DNA from: Lachnospiraceae bacterium
GTDB taxonomy: Bacteria; Bacillota; Clostridia; Lachnospirales; Lachnospiraceae
Direction of reading: 5' to 3'
Assembly: GCA_024403455.1 (NCBI GenBank)
Contig: JAKSRR010000014.1
Span: forward strand, 3,246 to 67,245
Length of the DNA stretch: 64,000 bases
In this document: positions 1 to 10,764 of the stretch, one piece after another
Layout: each line of letters starts with the position of its first letter
Numbering within the stretch: the stretch's first letter is position 1
Notes under the pieces: generated by a model
Seen by the model: the letters and a program-made list of their open reading frames with translations, nothing else
Databases searched by the model: none
Told to the model about the DNA's origin: nothing
Translations under genes and position numbers: made by a program

Positions 1-840
<840 letters not shown>

Positions 841-844
841 GGAT

Positions 845-1351
845 ATGAAAAACAACATTGTACTCATTGGTATGCCAGGGGTAGGGAAAAGTACGATAGG
901 TGTTATTTTGGCAAAAGAATTAGGCTATGACTTTGTCGATGCAGACCTAGTGATACAGAAGAAGACAGGAAAGCTACTGAAGGATATTATTGCTACCGAA
1001 GGTATTGATGGATTTCGCCGGATAGAGAATGAAGTGAATGCATCTTTAGAGGTGCAGCACAGCGTGATTGCAACCGGAGGCAGTGTGATTTATGGAAAAG
1101 AGGCTATGGAACATCTCTCTATGATTGGTGAGATTGTGTATCTGAAGCTGGACCTTCCCCATTTGGAAAAGCGTCTTGGGAATTTAAAGTGTCGAGGCGT
1201 AGTTATTAGGGACGACCAGACGCTAGCGGATCTTATGAATGAAAGAACCCCTCTATATGAGAAGTATGCGCAGTACATCATTGACGAAGAGGGAAAAGAT
1301 ATTGAAGGGACCTTAGAAGAACTTCTGGTTACACTGCAGAGCCATGAATGA
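845..1351 (+). CDS. aroK: Shikimate kinase
   Basis: LIGMPGVGKST P-loop, D-x-D, VIATGGS, R-x-PLY; ATG at 845 just after glpK stop. Confidence 0.9.
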   Translation: MKNNIVLIGMPGVGKSTIGVILAKELGYDFVDADLVIQKKTGKLLKDIIATEGIDGFRRIENEVNASLEVQHSVIATGGSVIYGKEAMEHLSMIGEIVYLKLDLPHLEKRLGNLKCRGVVIRDDQTLADLMNERTPLYEKYAQYIIDEEGKDIEGTLEELLVTLQSHE

Positions 1352-1922
1352 TGAAGTCACCATTATTGTAAAAAGAACAGCGGCTAGAAAGAAGAGTATT
1401 GGTCTGGAAGTTACGGAAGAAGGAAAAGTCATTGTACGGGCACCTCTTTATGCAACAAATGCAGATATCAACCAGATTCTTGCTGAAAAGAAAGAGTGGA
1501 TTCAGTCTACCATTCGAAAGCAGCGATTTAAGGCTGAGATTAAGAAAAACAGACCACCAGTGGAAAAGATAAAGCCTTCTGAATTAGAGACATTAGGACA
1601 GCGAGCGTTAGTTGTCATTCCCGAAAAGGTAAGGTACTATGCACAGCGGATGGGTGTTACCTATGGAAGGATTACCATCCGGAACCAGCACACCAGATGG
1701 GGAAGCTGTTCCTCCAAAGGGAATCTTAATTTCAACGTCTTACTGATGCTGATGCCGGAAGAGGTGATGGACTATATTGTGGTTCATGAGCTTTGTCATC
1801 GAAAAGAGATGAATCACAGCCGTGCCTTTTATGAGGAAGTAGCGAAAGTTTTGCCAAACTATAAAGTAGCGGAACGATGGATTAAGGAGCACGGTCAGGA
1901 GCTGATGGAAAGGAACTTATAG
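1344..1922 (+). CDS. M48/YgjP (DUF45)-family zinc metalloprotease-like protein
   Basis: TRWGSCS, YIVVHELCH (HExxH), NHSRAFY. Confidence 0.9.
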   Translation: MNDEVTIIVKRTAARKKSIGLEVTEEGKVIVRAPLYATNADINQILAEKKEWIQSTIRKQRFKAEIKKNRPPVEKIKPSELETLGQRALVVIPEKVRYYAQRMGVTYGRITIRNQHTRWGSCSSKGNLNFNVLLMLMPEEVMDYIVVHELCHRKEMNHSRAFYEEVAKVLPNYKVAERWIKEHGQELMERNL

Positions 1923-1988
1923 TACACGAAAAGTTCATTTTCTGAAGGTGTACTTTTCTTGCGAAGAAGTTTGGTAGAATTTATAATG

Positions 1989-2156
1989 TAATGAGATATC
2001 ACAAAGTGATATCTCATTAACGAGCAAAAAGCGTAGCGTTTGCGAGTATATCATTAACGAGCAAAAAGCGTAGCGTTTGCGAGTATATCTTAACGAGCAA
2101 CAAGCGCAGCGTTTGCGGGTATATCTTAATGAGCAACAAGGGTCGCGTTTGCGAGT
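1989..2156 (+). repeat. 14-bp-arm palindrome followed by four ~28-bp repeats (ACGAGCAA(A/C)AAGCG(T/C)AGCGTTTGCGAGT) with 8-9 bp linkers
   Basis: Palindrome TAATGAGATATCAC-AAA-GTGATATCTCATTA at 1989-2019; copies start at 2020, 2057, 2093, 2129. Confidence 0.9.
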
Positions 2157-2206
2157 CCCCCCACCTATGTGGGTAGAAATGATATTTAAGAAAATAAGGA
2201 AATTAT

Positions 2207-4585
2207 ATGAATCAAACAAGAAGAGAAGCAAATAGAACTTGGATGGCAGAGGGTGGCAATGGCTATCCCGGTGGTGGCCAGGGCGGAAATAACAGAGGGA
2301 ATGGAAATAAAAAGCCAGAAAAGCCCAGTCCCTTGATGTTTATTATTGTGGCTGTAATCTGCGCATTAGTTGCAACCTACATTGTCAGGATGCTTACCGG
2401 TGGCGGTGCTGCCAGGGAAGTATCTTACAATGAATTTTTGGGATACCTGCGAGCAGGGTCCATTGAAGAAGCAACCATCGAGAGTGATCGTATTACTTTT
2501 GATGTAAAGAGTAACAATCAGCTTTACGGACCTTCCACATATTACACGGCTTTGATTGAAGAAAAAGAAACCGTGACCAATATGCTAATAAGCAGTGGTG
2601 TGGATACCAGAGGTGTTGTTGAAAGCGGTTCTAATATTATTCTTTCTATATTATTAACCTATGTTCTTCCTATCTTATTGATGTGGGGATTAATGAGTCT
2701 TCTGTTCCGCAGGATGGGAAAAGGCGGTGGTGGTGGCATCTTTGGCGTAGGTAAGAGCAATGCCAAGATGTATGGCGAAAAGGAAACCGGTATTACCTTT
2801 AAGGATGTTGCAGGTGAAGAGGAAGCCAAAGAGTCTCTGGTAGAAATTGTAGATTTCCTTCATAATCCTGGAAAATATGCCAAGATTGGTGCCAAGATTC
2901 CGAAGGGTGCATTATTAGTAGGCCCTCCCGGAACGGGTAAGACGCTTCTCGCAAAAGCAGTTGCAGGTGAGGCGCATGTTCCATTCTTCTCCCTAGCCGG
3001 TTCTGATTTTGTTGAAATGTATGTCGGCGTTGGTGCTTCCCGTGTAAGAGATTTATTTAAGGAAGCAGAAAAGAATGCACCTTGTATTGTTTTCATTGAT
3101 GAGATTGATGCCATCGGTCGTAGCCGTGATTCCAAGTATGGCGGTGGAAACGAAGAGCGTGAGCAGACACTAAACCAGCTGCTTTCGGAGATGGATGGTT
3201 TTGATGCAAAGAAGGGTATCATCTTACTTGCAGCAACCAACCGTCCTGAGATTCTGGATAAGGCACTTCTTCGTCCAGGACGTTTTGATAGACGTGTCAT
3301 TGTAGAAGAGCCAGACCTGAAAGGCCGTGTCGACATCCTTGCAGTTCATGCTAAGAATGTAAAGATGGATGAAACTGTAGATTTAAATGCTATTGCACTT
3401 GCTACCGTCGGTGCTGTAGGTGCAGATCTTGCAAATATGATTAACGAATCAGCGATTTTAGCAGTAAAGCGTAAGAGAGAATTCGTTTGTCAGCAGGATT
3501 TGCTGGACGCTGTTGAACTAGTATCCATGGGTAAGGAAAAGAAGGACAAGATTCTTTCTCCAGAGGAAAGAAAGATTGTTACTTACCACGAAGTTGGTCA
3601 TGCGCTTATTTCTGCTTTGCAGAAGAATTCCGAACCCGTACAGAAGATTACGATTATTCCTCGTATGATGGGTGCACTAGGTTATGTGCTTAGTTATCCA
3701 GAGGAAGAGAAATCAACGCAGACGGAATTAGAGCTGCGTGCAGAGTTAGTCAGTCTCTTAGGTGGACGTGCAGCAGAAGATATCGTATTTGATACAGTTA
3801 CTACCGGTGCAGCAAATGATATTGAGAAGGCAACCCGTATTGCGAGAGCCATGGTTACCAGATTTGGTATGAGTAAGAAGTTTGGTCTCATGGGTCTTGA
3901 AACAGTGGAAAGCCAGTACTTAGATCGAAGAGCTGTATTAAATTGTGCCGATGAAACGGCAGCAGATATTGATAATGAAGTCATGAAGATCCTGAAGGAG
4001 AGCTATAAGGAAGCAAAGCGTCTCTTAAAGGAGAACAGAGATGTCATGGATCAGATTGCGGATTATCTGATTAAGAAGGAAACCATTACAGGTCATGAGT
4101 TCATGGAAATCTTCTGTAAGGCAAAAGGTATTCCCATGCCTACGGAAGATAAGGGCAAGAATACTCTAAGAGAACTTCGTAAGGCCCAGGAAGAGAGAAG
4201 AAAGGCTGAAGAAGCGGAGATGGCAAAGATCATTTCCGGTGGTAAGGAAGAGAAAAACCCGGAAGATCGTACAACACCTAAACCGCCCACGCCGCCACAG
4301 GCACCAACCCAGACGCCTCCACCTGTGCCGCCTACTTCTAGTGTGAATCATTATGTAGATGATGGTGTTACAGTGACACTACATAGTAATTCTGCACTTC
4401 CATGGCAGAAGAATGTGGCTCCAGAAACAACTGAAGCAAAGGATTCTGTAGCTACGGAAACTTCAGCAGATGAACAGCAGGAAGCCAAAGAAGAGCCTAA
4501 GGAAGAATCTACAAAGTCTTCTGTGGATAAAGAATTTGAAGAGGCATTGAAGAGAAGAAATTATCAGCCGAAGGATGATGAGTAA
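2207..4585 (+). CDS. ftsH: ATP-dependent zinc metalloprotease FtsH with long Pro/Glu-rich C-terminal tail
   Basis: Two TM helices, [30 protein letters not shown]. Confidence 0.97.
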   Translation: MNQTRREANRTWMAEGGNGYPGGGQGGNNRGNGNKKPEKPSPLMFIIVAVICALVATYIVRMLTGGGAAREVSYNEFLGYLRAGSIEEATIESDRITFDVKSNNQLYGPSTYYTALIEEKETVTNMLISSGVDTRGVVESGSNIILSILLTYVLPILLMWGLMSLLFRRMGKGGGGGIFGVGKSNAKMYGEKETGITFKDVAGEEEAKESLVEIVDFLHNPGKYAKIGAKIPKGALLVGPPGTGKTLLAKAVAGEAHVPFFSLAGSDFVEMYVGVGASRVRDLFKEAEKNAPCIVFIDEIDAIGRSRDSKYGGGNEEREQTLNQLLSEMDGFDAKKGIILLAATNRPEILDKALLRPGRFDRRVIVEEPDLKGRVDILAVHAKNVKMDETVDLNAIALATVGAVGADLANMINESAILAVKRKREFVCQQDLLDAVELVSMGKEKKDKILSPEERKIVTYHEVGHALISALQKNSEPVQKITIIPRMMGALGYVLSYPEEEKSTQTELELRAELVSLLGGRAAEDIVFDTVTTGAANDIEKATRIARAMVTRFGMSKKFGLMGLETVESQYLDRRAVLNCADETAADIDNEVMKILKESYKEAKRLLKENRDVMDQIADYLIKKETITGHEFMEIFCKAKGIPMPTEDKGKNTLRELRKAQEERRKAEEAEMAKIISGGKEEKNPEDRTTPKPPTPPQAPTQTPPPVPPTSSVNHYVDDGVTVTLHSNSALPWQKNVAPETTEAKDSVATETSADEQQEAKEEPKEESTKSSVDKEFEEALKRRNYQPKDDE

Positions 4586-4606
4586 GGCTATATGGTAAAA
4601 ACAAAG

Positions 4607-4630
4607 AACGGGCTATTTGGCCCGTTTTTT
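4607..4630 (+). terminator. Intrinsic terminator after ftsH
   Basis: AACGGGC-TATTTG-GCCCGTT followed by T tract. Confidence 0.65.
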
Positions 4631-4675
4631 GGAAGAAAGATTTACTCTAGATATGTGATCCTGGAGGAACATATA

Positions 4676-5530
4676 ATGAAAAAATATAAAGTACTGTTTT
4701 GTATGCTATGCATGTCTGCCTGTCTCGTAGCCTGCGGGGAAGAGGATGGTCAGGGGCAGGACGTGGTTATTGAAAAATCAATGGAGGTTGAGAAAGATAG
4801 TTTCCCCGCTAGTGCAGAAGATAATCCTTTGGAAGAGATGCCCACGACGATAGCAGAAGAAACAGGTGGTAGCTTTCAGGAAACAGAATTGCAAGAAGCC
4901 TATATTGAGGAGGAGAAAGAAATGGATGCAGGACAGTTAACAATCACCTTTATTGGACATGCAAGTTTAAAGATTGAATCTTCCGATGGAACAGTGATTT
5001 ATGTGGATCCTAATTATGCATGGGATTATTCCGCGGCAGCAGATTATATTTTAGTTACCCACGGACATGGAGATCATCTACCTCGTCCAGAAGTGACTTT
5101 AAAGGAAAATGGAAAGAAAATATATTATACAGAGGCACTGCATGATGGTGTCTATGAAGTATATGATTATGGAAATGTTCGTATCGAAGCAGTTGCAGCT
5201 GGTGGCAATCCTAACCATGATATTAATGTATGCGTTGGCTATCTGATCACGGTGGACGGATATACCATTTATCATGCAGGAGATACTTCAAAGATTGCAG
5301 AGATGGAAAAGCTTTCCGACAGAGTGATTGATTATGCATTCTATCCGATTGATGGAGTTTATAACATGGATGCCGTGGAAGCAACGGAGGCAGCAACGAT
5401 GGTTGGAGCGCTACATAACATTCCTATTCATGCGCTAGATGATAATCATACGGGAAAGGCAGATGCTTTTACTCCGGATGGAAAAATGATTATTGAACAA
5501 GGTGAAAGCATTGTGTTGCCAGTTAAGTAA
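4676..5530 (+). CDS. Lipoprotein with metallo-beta-lactamase-fold hydrolase domain
   Basis: GGAGG RBS before ATG 4676; lipobox LVAC; THGHGDH, YHAGDT, IPIH motifs. Confidence 0.85.
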   Translation: MKKYKVLFCMLCMSACLVACGEEDGQGQDVVIEKSMEVEKDSFPASAEDNPLEEMPTTIAEETGGSFQETELQEAYIEEEKEMDAGQLTITFIGHASLKIESSDGTVIYVDPNYAWDYSAAADYILVTHGHGDHLPRPEVTLKENGKKIYYTEALHDGVYEVYDYGNVRIEAVAAGGNPNHDINVCVGYLITVDGYTIYHAGDTSKIAEMEKLSDRVIDYAFYPIDGVYNMDAVEATEAATMVGALHNIPIHALDDNHTGKADAFTPDGKMIIEQGESIVLPVK

Positions 5531-5603
5531 ATGTGTCTTGGGGAAGAGATATGTTTCTTACATTGGCGAGGTAAAATTTTGCTAGAGAAAAAGGAGACAG
5601 CGG

Positions 5604-6083
5604 ATGCATATTCGGCGCGGAAAACTTTCTGATCTAGATGAGCTTGCAAGATTAGAAGCTCTGGGATTTCCAAAAGAAGAGGCAGCAAGCAAAGAACGAA
5701 TTGCGGCGAGACTTGCAGCATTTCCAGAACTCTATTTTATTTTGGAAAATGATGGCGAGATTATATCCTATATCAATGGATTAATGACGGATGAAAAGGA
5801 TTTGCAGGATGAGATGTATGAAAATCCGACGATGCACAATCCGTCAGGAAAAAATCTGATGATTTTTTCTGTAGTTACGAATCCAGAATTTCAGCACAAG
5901 GGGAATGCCTCATTTTTGATGGAGCATGTAATTGCAGAATGCAGAAAAACGAAAACATCTCTGGTTCTTACATGCAAGGAGCATCTAGTTTCATTTTATG
6001 GTAAGTTTGGCTACAAGGATGAAGGCATCTCGGCATCGGAACATGGCGGGGCAGTATGGCATCAGATGAGGTATACAATTTAG
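5604..6083 (+). CDS. GNAT family N-acetyltransferase
   Basis: PEFQHKGNA acetyl-CoA motif, LTCK, FYGKFGY. Confidence 0.9.
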   Translation: MHIRRGKLSDLDELARLEALGFPKEEAASKERIAARLAAFPELYFILENDGEIISYINGLMTDEKDLQDEMYENPTMHNPSGKNLMIFSVVTNPEFQHKGNASFLMEHVIAECRKTKTSLVLTCKEHLVSFYGKFGYKDEGISASEHGGAVWHQMRYTI

Positions 6084-6093
6084 CTTTCTTGTT

Positions 6094-6184
6094 TTCGAAA
6101 AACTCATAATGAAATATTCGAAAAACGCACAATAAAACATTCGAAAAAGTCACAACAAAATATTCGAAAAACGCACAATAGAAC
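6094..6184 (+). repeat. Four tandem ~23-bp repeats (TTCGAAAAAC(G/T)CACAATAAAA-type) directly upstream of a -35 box
   Basis: TTCGAAAAA recurs at ~6094, 6117, 6140, 6163. Confidence 0.85.
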
Positions 6185-6212
6185 TTGAAAAAGCCTGTAA
6201 AATAGCTATAAT
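6185..6212 (+). promoter_or_regulatory. Sigma70-type promoter for the AAA ATPase gene
   Basis: TTGAAA-N16-TATAAT, followed by AAGGAG RBS. Confidence 0.6.
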
Positions 6213-6239
6213 TATGTGTATAAAAGGAGCAGGCAAATT

Positions 6240-7547
6240 ATGGATTATATCAGAAGAATTGTTGATGATGAAATTGATAAACGGAAAGATGCTTTTAATG
6301 CCATAAATATAGTTGGACCTAAAGGGTGCGGCAAAACAAGGACTGCTAAAGAAAGGTGCAATACTATTATTGAATTTCAGGATGAAGAGAAGCGGGATGG
6401 GTATTTAACTATTGCAGAGACCTCTCCCAAACTGCTTTTGAAAAATCCTAAACCAATATTATTTGATGAATGGCAAGATGCAGTAAAAGTATGGGGAACC
6501 ATTCGAAAGGACTGCGATGATCATCCGGATAGTGTTGGAGAGTATTATTTAACTGGCTCATCCAGTAAGAAAGTTGATACTCCTCACACAGGTACAGAAA
6601 GAATTACGGAGCTTTCTATGTATCCCATGACATTGTGGGAAACGGGAGAATCTAATGGCCAAATATCTATATCGAAGATTATAGAAGATGAGAATTATGA
6701 ATTTGAAGGTGCGATGTCAACCATTTCACTGGAGGATTTATTTTTTGCGGTTTGTCGAGGTGGATGGCCAAGATGCATGGCACTAAAAAGTAGAGATGCT
6801 AAACTAGAAATTGCTAAGGATTATTATAAACAGATATATAAAAAAGACATTAGCGCTATAGATAGGGTAAAAAGAAATCCTGAGTGGGCAAGAGCGCTGA
6901 TTTGGTCATATGCACGAAATATGGCAACGAAGGCAAAGAAGACAAGCCTGTATGCGGATGTAAAAGCAACACAAAATGTCACGGATGGGACGCTAGATAC
7001 ATATGTTGAAAAATTAGAGGAACTTTACGTAATCAAAGATATAGATGCGTGGACTCCACAGATTAGATCTAAGACAGCCATAAGAAGTGGAAAGAAACAT
7101 ATATTTATCGATCCATCTATTGCCATGGCTGCACTAGGAATTGGTCCTGATTATTTTAATAATGACTTAGATTTATTTGGGCATGCATTTGAGAATTTAG
7201 TGTTGCGAGATTTAATGGTATATGCAGAGAATCATGAAGCGCGTATTCTTCACTATGCAGATGATATGGGGCTGGAAGCTGATGCCATATATCAAATGGC
7301 TGATGGACGCTATGCATTAATTGAAATTAAAACAGGTGTGAATAAGATTCCAGAAGCAGAAAAATCGCTACTTAAATTTAAAGAAATAATAAAGAAGCAT
7401 AACGAAGAAGCTCTGAAGAATCCGGAACATCCTAAAGCGGTATATAGAGAGCCGGCTGCACTTATTGTAATATGCGCAACAGCCCCTATGGGGTATACAA
7501 CGGAAAATGGAGTAAAAATCATTCCGGTTGGATGTTTACGGGATTAG
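6240..7547 (+). CDS. AAA+ ATPase with DUF4143-type C-terminal PD-(D/E)XK-like domain
   Basis: GPKGCGKT, LFDEWQ, YLTGSS, GGWP, K-x-x-F-x-DPS, GHAFENLV, EADA...LIEIK. Confidence 0.88.
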   Translation: MDYIRRIVDDEIDKRKDAFNAINIVGPKGCGKTRTAKERCNTIIEFQDEEKRDGYLTIAETSPKLLLKNPKPILFDEWQDAVKVWGTIRKDCDDHPDSVGEYYLTGSSSKKVDTPHTGTERITELSMYPMTLWETGESNGQISISKIIEDENYEFEGAMSTISLEDLFFAVCRGGWPRCMALKSRDAKLEIAKDYYKQIYKKDISAIDRVKRNPEWARALIWSYARNMATKAKKTSLYADVKATQNVTDGTLDTYVEKLEELYVIKDIDAWTPQIRSKTAIRSGKKHIFIDPSIAMAALGIGPDYFNNDLDLFGHAFENLVLRDLMVYAENHEARILHYADDMGLEADAIYQMADGRYALIEIKTGVNKIPEAEKSLLKFKEIIKKHNEEALKNPEHPKAVYREPAALIVICATAPMGYTTENGVKIIPVGCLRD

Positions 7548-7751
7548 TTATTCATTTAAGATTATTGAATCTCTGTAATATATTTGGATATTGTGTAAAG
7601 CTCACAAGAAAAATATTGAGTTTGCTTATCGTACTGTAACCATTTAGAATTGGATGGTTCTCGGACCATTGGTCCGCCCCCTACGACTTATAAGAACTTA
7701 CTGTGAAATCTACTTATAGCCATTTAAGCCAAACACCTTTGTCCGAAAGTT

Positions 7752-7777
7752 AAAAAGGGAGCATTGCTCCCTTTTTT
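7752..7777. terminator. Bidirectional intrinsic terminator
   Basis: AAAAAGGGAGCA-T-TGCTCCCTTTTT. Confidence 0.7.
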
Positions 7778-7907
7778 ATATTGCCAAACGAGGGATGCTC
7801 TCTGGTATGATTTATTAATAAACATCTGCAGGACCCAAAGGAATATAATACTTTTATGATAGAATATTTCTGATAAGAAATAAATCTATGATAAGGAGAA
7901 TTCATAT

Positions 7908-9329
7908 ATGATTCATATATTATTAGGGCTTCAGTATTTTGGAGTATTAATTGTTTTTGCATGTATGATTGTCCTAGTTAAGACAAAAGGTAATTATATG
8001 AATCAGGTGATATTGTTTTTCTCCTTATTCTGTAATTTGTTTAATCTACTAGGCACTATACTGGAAATGCAGTCCAGGTCTTTAGATGCTGCGATAACAG
8101 GTGTAAAAATAGCGTATTATGGCAAGACATTAGTTCTAACATTTATGCTCTTATTTGTTTATCAATATTTGAAATTGAAAAAACCCAAAATTTTCTTCTC
8201 GTTTCTATTCCTAGTGCATTTTGCAATCATCATAATTGTATGGACTTGTGATTATCATAATTTGTATTACAAAACAATCGATTTTGTAGAAACGGGACTA
8301 TTTCCACATTTGGTAACAACAGCCGGACCTTTTTACTATGTATATTTCATACTGTTATTTGCAGAAATGATATTTATGTTTGTTATTTGCTTTAGAAAAT
8401 TAATAGAATCAAATAACAGAAATGAACGGGCAAATATATGTTGTCTTATGTTAATGCCTATCATTATATGTTCATCATTTTTGGTATTCAAAATGAATGT
8501 TACAAAGGGCTTCGATTGTACAACGCTGGCAATTCTCCTTTGTACGGCATTATTAATCTATTGTATTCAAAAATATGAATTAATAGACTATGTTGCAAAA
8601 GCGAAAGACGAGATTATCGACGAATTATCAGAAGGTATCATAGTAATAGATCGTGATAATAACGTTGTGTATTACAACAAGCGTTTTCGCTCTATTTATC
8701 CGGGAGTTGATTTATTAAATAATGTTAGCTTTGTGAAAGAGAAAAAAGAAAAAGCTCAAAAGGGAAGCGTTTGGGTTGGAGAAAGGTACTATACAATCAG
8801 AACGAAAGAATTAATGCTAAATGATGAAGTGCAGTCAACAATATACTCGCTTTCTGATAGCACAGAAAGCTATATGATGACCTATATCGATGGACTTACT
8901 AATGTGGGTAATAGAAGAGCATTAAATAAGGCACTTGATGAATATTCTGTGGAAGAAAATTCATTTTTAGTTATTATGGATATCGATAATTTCAAAACCA
9001 TTAATGATACGCTTGGTCATAAGGTTGGTGATGACAGCTTGAAGAGTTTTGCGAACTGTCTGGTTGAGAATTTCTCGAAGGATGCAGTTTATCGATATGG
9101 TGGCGATGAATTTGTAATGCTTGTAACAATGGAACCGGATGAATTAGAGAAGAGATTAGCTAATGTGAACGAAACATTATCGGCTGAGACGAATGAAGTT
9201 CCATTCCATGTAAGTGGTGGTTATGTAGAACTTGTAAAGGGCATTGAGTTAGAAATACTAATGAAGAAGGCAGATGATGCTTTGTATATCGTCAAGAAAT
9301 CCGGAAAAGGAAGATTTGCAAGAGGATAG
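7908..9329 (+). CDS. Diguanylate cyclase (N-terminal 7TM sensor, PAS-like, GGDEF)
   Basis: ~7 TM helices; DGLTNVGNRR, DIDNFKTIND..GH..GD, RYGGDEF, ADDALY..K..GK. Confidence 0.93.
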   Translation: MIHILLGLQYFGVLIVFACMIVLVKTKGNYMNQVILFFSLFCNLFNLLGTILEMQSRSLDAAITGVKIAYYGKTLVLTFMLLFVYQYLKLKKPKIFFSFLFLVHFAIIIIVWTCDYHNLYYKTIDFVETGLFPHLVTTAGPFYYVYFILLFAEMIFMFVICFRKLIESNNRNERANICCLMLMPIIICSSFLVFKMNVTKGFDCTTLAILLCTALLIYCIQKYELIDYVAKAKDEIIDELSEGIIVIDRDNNVVYYNKRFRSIYPGVDLLNNVSFVKEKKEKAQKGSVWVGERYYTIRTKELMLNDEVQSTIYSLSDSTESYMMTYIDGLTNVGNRRALNKALDEYSVEENSFLVIMDIDNFKTINDTLGHKVGDDSLKSFANCLVENFSKDAVYRYGGDEFVMLVTMEPDELEKRLANVNETLSAETNEVPFHVSGGYVELVKGIELEILMKKADDALYIVKKSGKGRFARG

Positions 9330-9368
9330 TTGCAGAAATTCCTTGCCGCTGGTATGGATGAAAAAGAA
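9330..9368 (+). pseudogene. Remnant of an Rpn-family C-terminal tail (LQKFLAAGMDEKE)
   Basis: Matches LQKFLDAGMDEKE in both downstream paralogs at protein and nucleotide level. Confidence 0.75.
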
Positions 9369-9370
9369 AA

Positions 9371-9433
9371 GTTGTTAAAGAGAGCAGAGGACTGCTCTCT
9401 TTTTGTATGCATTCACAGGGCTAGAAAATAAAA
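9371..9433 (+). repeat. Cassette-boundary element copy 1 (hairpin AGAGAGCAG-n-CTGCTCTCT, T tract, conserved 3' tail)
   Basis: GTTGTTAAAGAGAGCAGAGGACTGCTCTCTTTTTGTATGCATTCACAGGGCTAGAAAATAAA. Confidence 0.85.
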
Positions 9434-9552
9434 CAACGATATGCGTTTTCAGATGTATAATAAAGAAGCAGCCATCTCTATTCCAAATGCCTCTCATGGG
9501 CCTAGGCCTTCTTGAGAGGAAGGTGATTCTGTGCATTTGGAAAGGATGATTC

Positions 9553-10548
9553 ATGGGCAAGAAAGATGCAAGCATGAAAGCACTTCTTTCAAAGAATGAA
9601 GTGTTTGCGGATGCATGTAATCAGTATTTCTTTCATGGAGAGAAAGTTGTAAAACCAGAATCTCTGAAGGAACTGGATCCTACAGAGATAGTGCTTCCTT
9701 TTGGAAAAGAGGAAAAGGAAGCAGTTGCTAATCAAAAGTACCGGGATATATTAAAGCTTTGTACGATAAAGACAGATGCCAAATACACGTATTGTATATT
9801 TGGTATAGAATCCCAGTCAAATGTTCATTATGCCATGCCGGTAAGGAATTTCTTGTATGATGCTATGCAACTAACGAAGCAGGTGTCGGAAATTGTTAGG
9901 AAGCATAAGGAGCAAAGAAAATCGAAGGTTAAGACAAAAGAAGAAATATCTTCTGATGAATACCTGAGTGGATTTTATAAGACGGACAAACTAATTCCTG
10001 TACTTACCCTCGTAGTCTATCTGGGCACGGATGCCTGGGATGGGCCTACAAGTCTCCGAGAAATGTATACGGAGACAGATGAGATTGTTCTTCAACATGT
10101 AGCGGATTATAAGATGAATTTATTAGATCTTACCCACTGTGATGATGAAGAAATTGCTAGGTTTTGTAACGATTTGTTCCAGGTGACAACTTTTGTAAAG
10201 TATTCTGAAAGCATAAAAGAATTCTGGGAAAGCGTTGTCAAAAAAGAAAGATTTTCGCATGTGTCCAGAGAGGCGATAGATGTGGTGCAAAGTTTCACAA
10301 ACTACCGCTTCAAGGTAGAAGAAGGAAAGGAGGACGAAGATATGTGTCAAGCACTAACAGACCTTATAGAAGAAGGCAGAGCGGAAGGCAGAGTAGAAGG
10401 GCTAGAGCAAGGATTACAGCAAGCTACTCAGACTATTTTACAAAAATTCCTCGATGCCGGTATGGATGAGAAAGAGATGCAGCGTATGCTCTCCGTCACG
10501 CCAGAGGAATTTGATAAGATGTTGCAAAGGGAGCCTGTAGAGGCATAA
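9553..10548 (+). CDS. Rpn-family (PD-(D/E)XK, YhgA-like) nuclease, copy 1
   Basis: KDASMKALL, RDILK, GIESQS..HYAMPVR, PVLTLVVYLG..WDGP, C-terminal EGRAEG repeats. Confidence 0.85.
   Translation: MGKKDASMKALLSKNEVFADACNQYFFHGEKVVKPESLKELDPTEIVLPFGKEEKEAVANQKYRDILKLCTIKTDAKYTYCIFGIESQSNVHYAMPVRNFLYDAMQLTKQVSEIVRKHKEQRKSKVKTKEEISSDEYLSGFYKTDKLIPVLTLVVYLGTDAWDGPTSLREMYTETDEIVLQHVADYKMNLLDLTHCDDEEIARFCNDLFQVTTFVKYSESIKEFWESVVKKERFSHVSREAIDVVQSFTNYRFKVEEGKEDEDMCQALTDLIEEGRAEGRVEGLEQGLQQATQTILQKFLDAGMDEKEMQRMLSVTPEEFDKMLQREPVEA
10342..10548 (+). CDS. Putative intragenic small protein (RpnS-like antitoxin) of copy 1
   Basis: AAGGAGG RBS followed by in-frame ATG (MCQALTDLIEEGRAEG...). Confidence 0.65.
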   Translation: MCQALTDLIEEGRAEGRVEGLEQGLQQATQTILQKFLDAGMDEKEMQRMLSVTPEEFDKMLQREPVEA

Positions 10549-10574
10549 TAAAAATGTAAGAATCACCTAAGAAT

Positions 10575-10645
10575 AGAGATGCTGTTAAAAGAGAGCAGAA
10601 GACTGCTCTCTTTTTTGTATACATTCACAAAGCTAGAAAATAAAA
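10575..10645 (+). repeat. Cassette-boundary element copy 2
   Basis: AGAGATGCTGTTAAAAGAGAGCAGAAGACTGCTCTCTTTTTTGTATACATTCACAAAGCTAGAAAATAAA. Confidence 0.85.
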
Positions 10646-10764
10646 CAACGATATGCGTTTTCAGATGTATAATAAAGAAGCAGCCATCTCTATTCCAAAT
10701 GCCTCTCATGGGCCTAGGCCTTCTTGAGAGGAAGGTGATTCTGTGCATTTGGAAAGGATGATTC

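Noticed and set aside
2020-2156. CRISPR array
   Set aside because: Linkers are only 8-9 bp and nearly identical rather than unique 25-40 bp spacers; no cas genes in the window.
1935-2231. Minus-strand 98-aa ORF with repeated RKR/CSL motifs
   Set aside because: Translation of the non-coding repeat array; no RBS.
7548-7750. Possible gene remnant or ncRNA after the ATPase
   Set aside because: Only short open frames and no convincing motif or structure.
9375-9575. Duplicated antisense ORFs (also 10563-10787 and 10579-10761)
   Set aside because: Identical only because the upstream DNA is duplicated; no coding signal.
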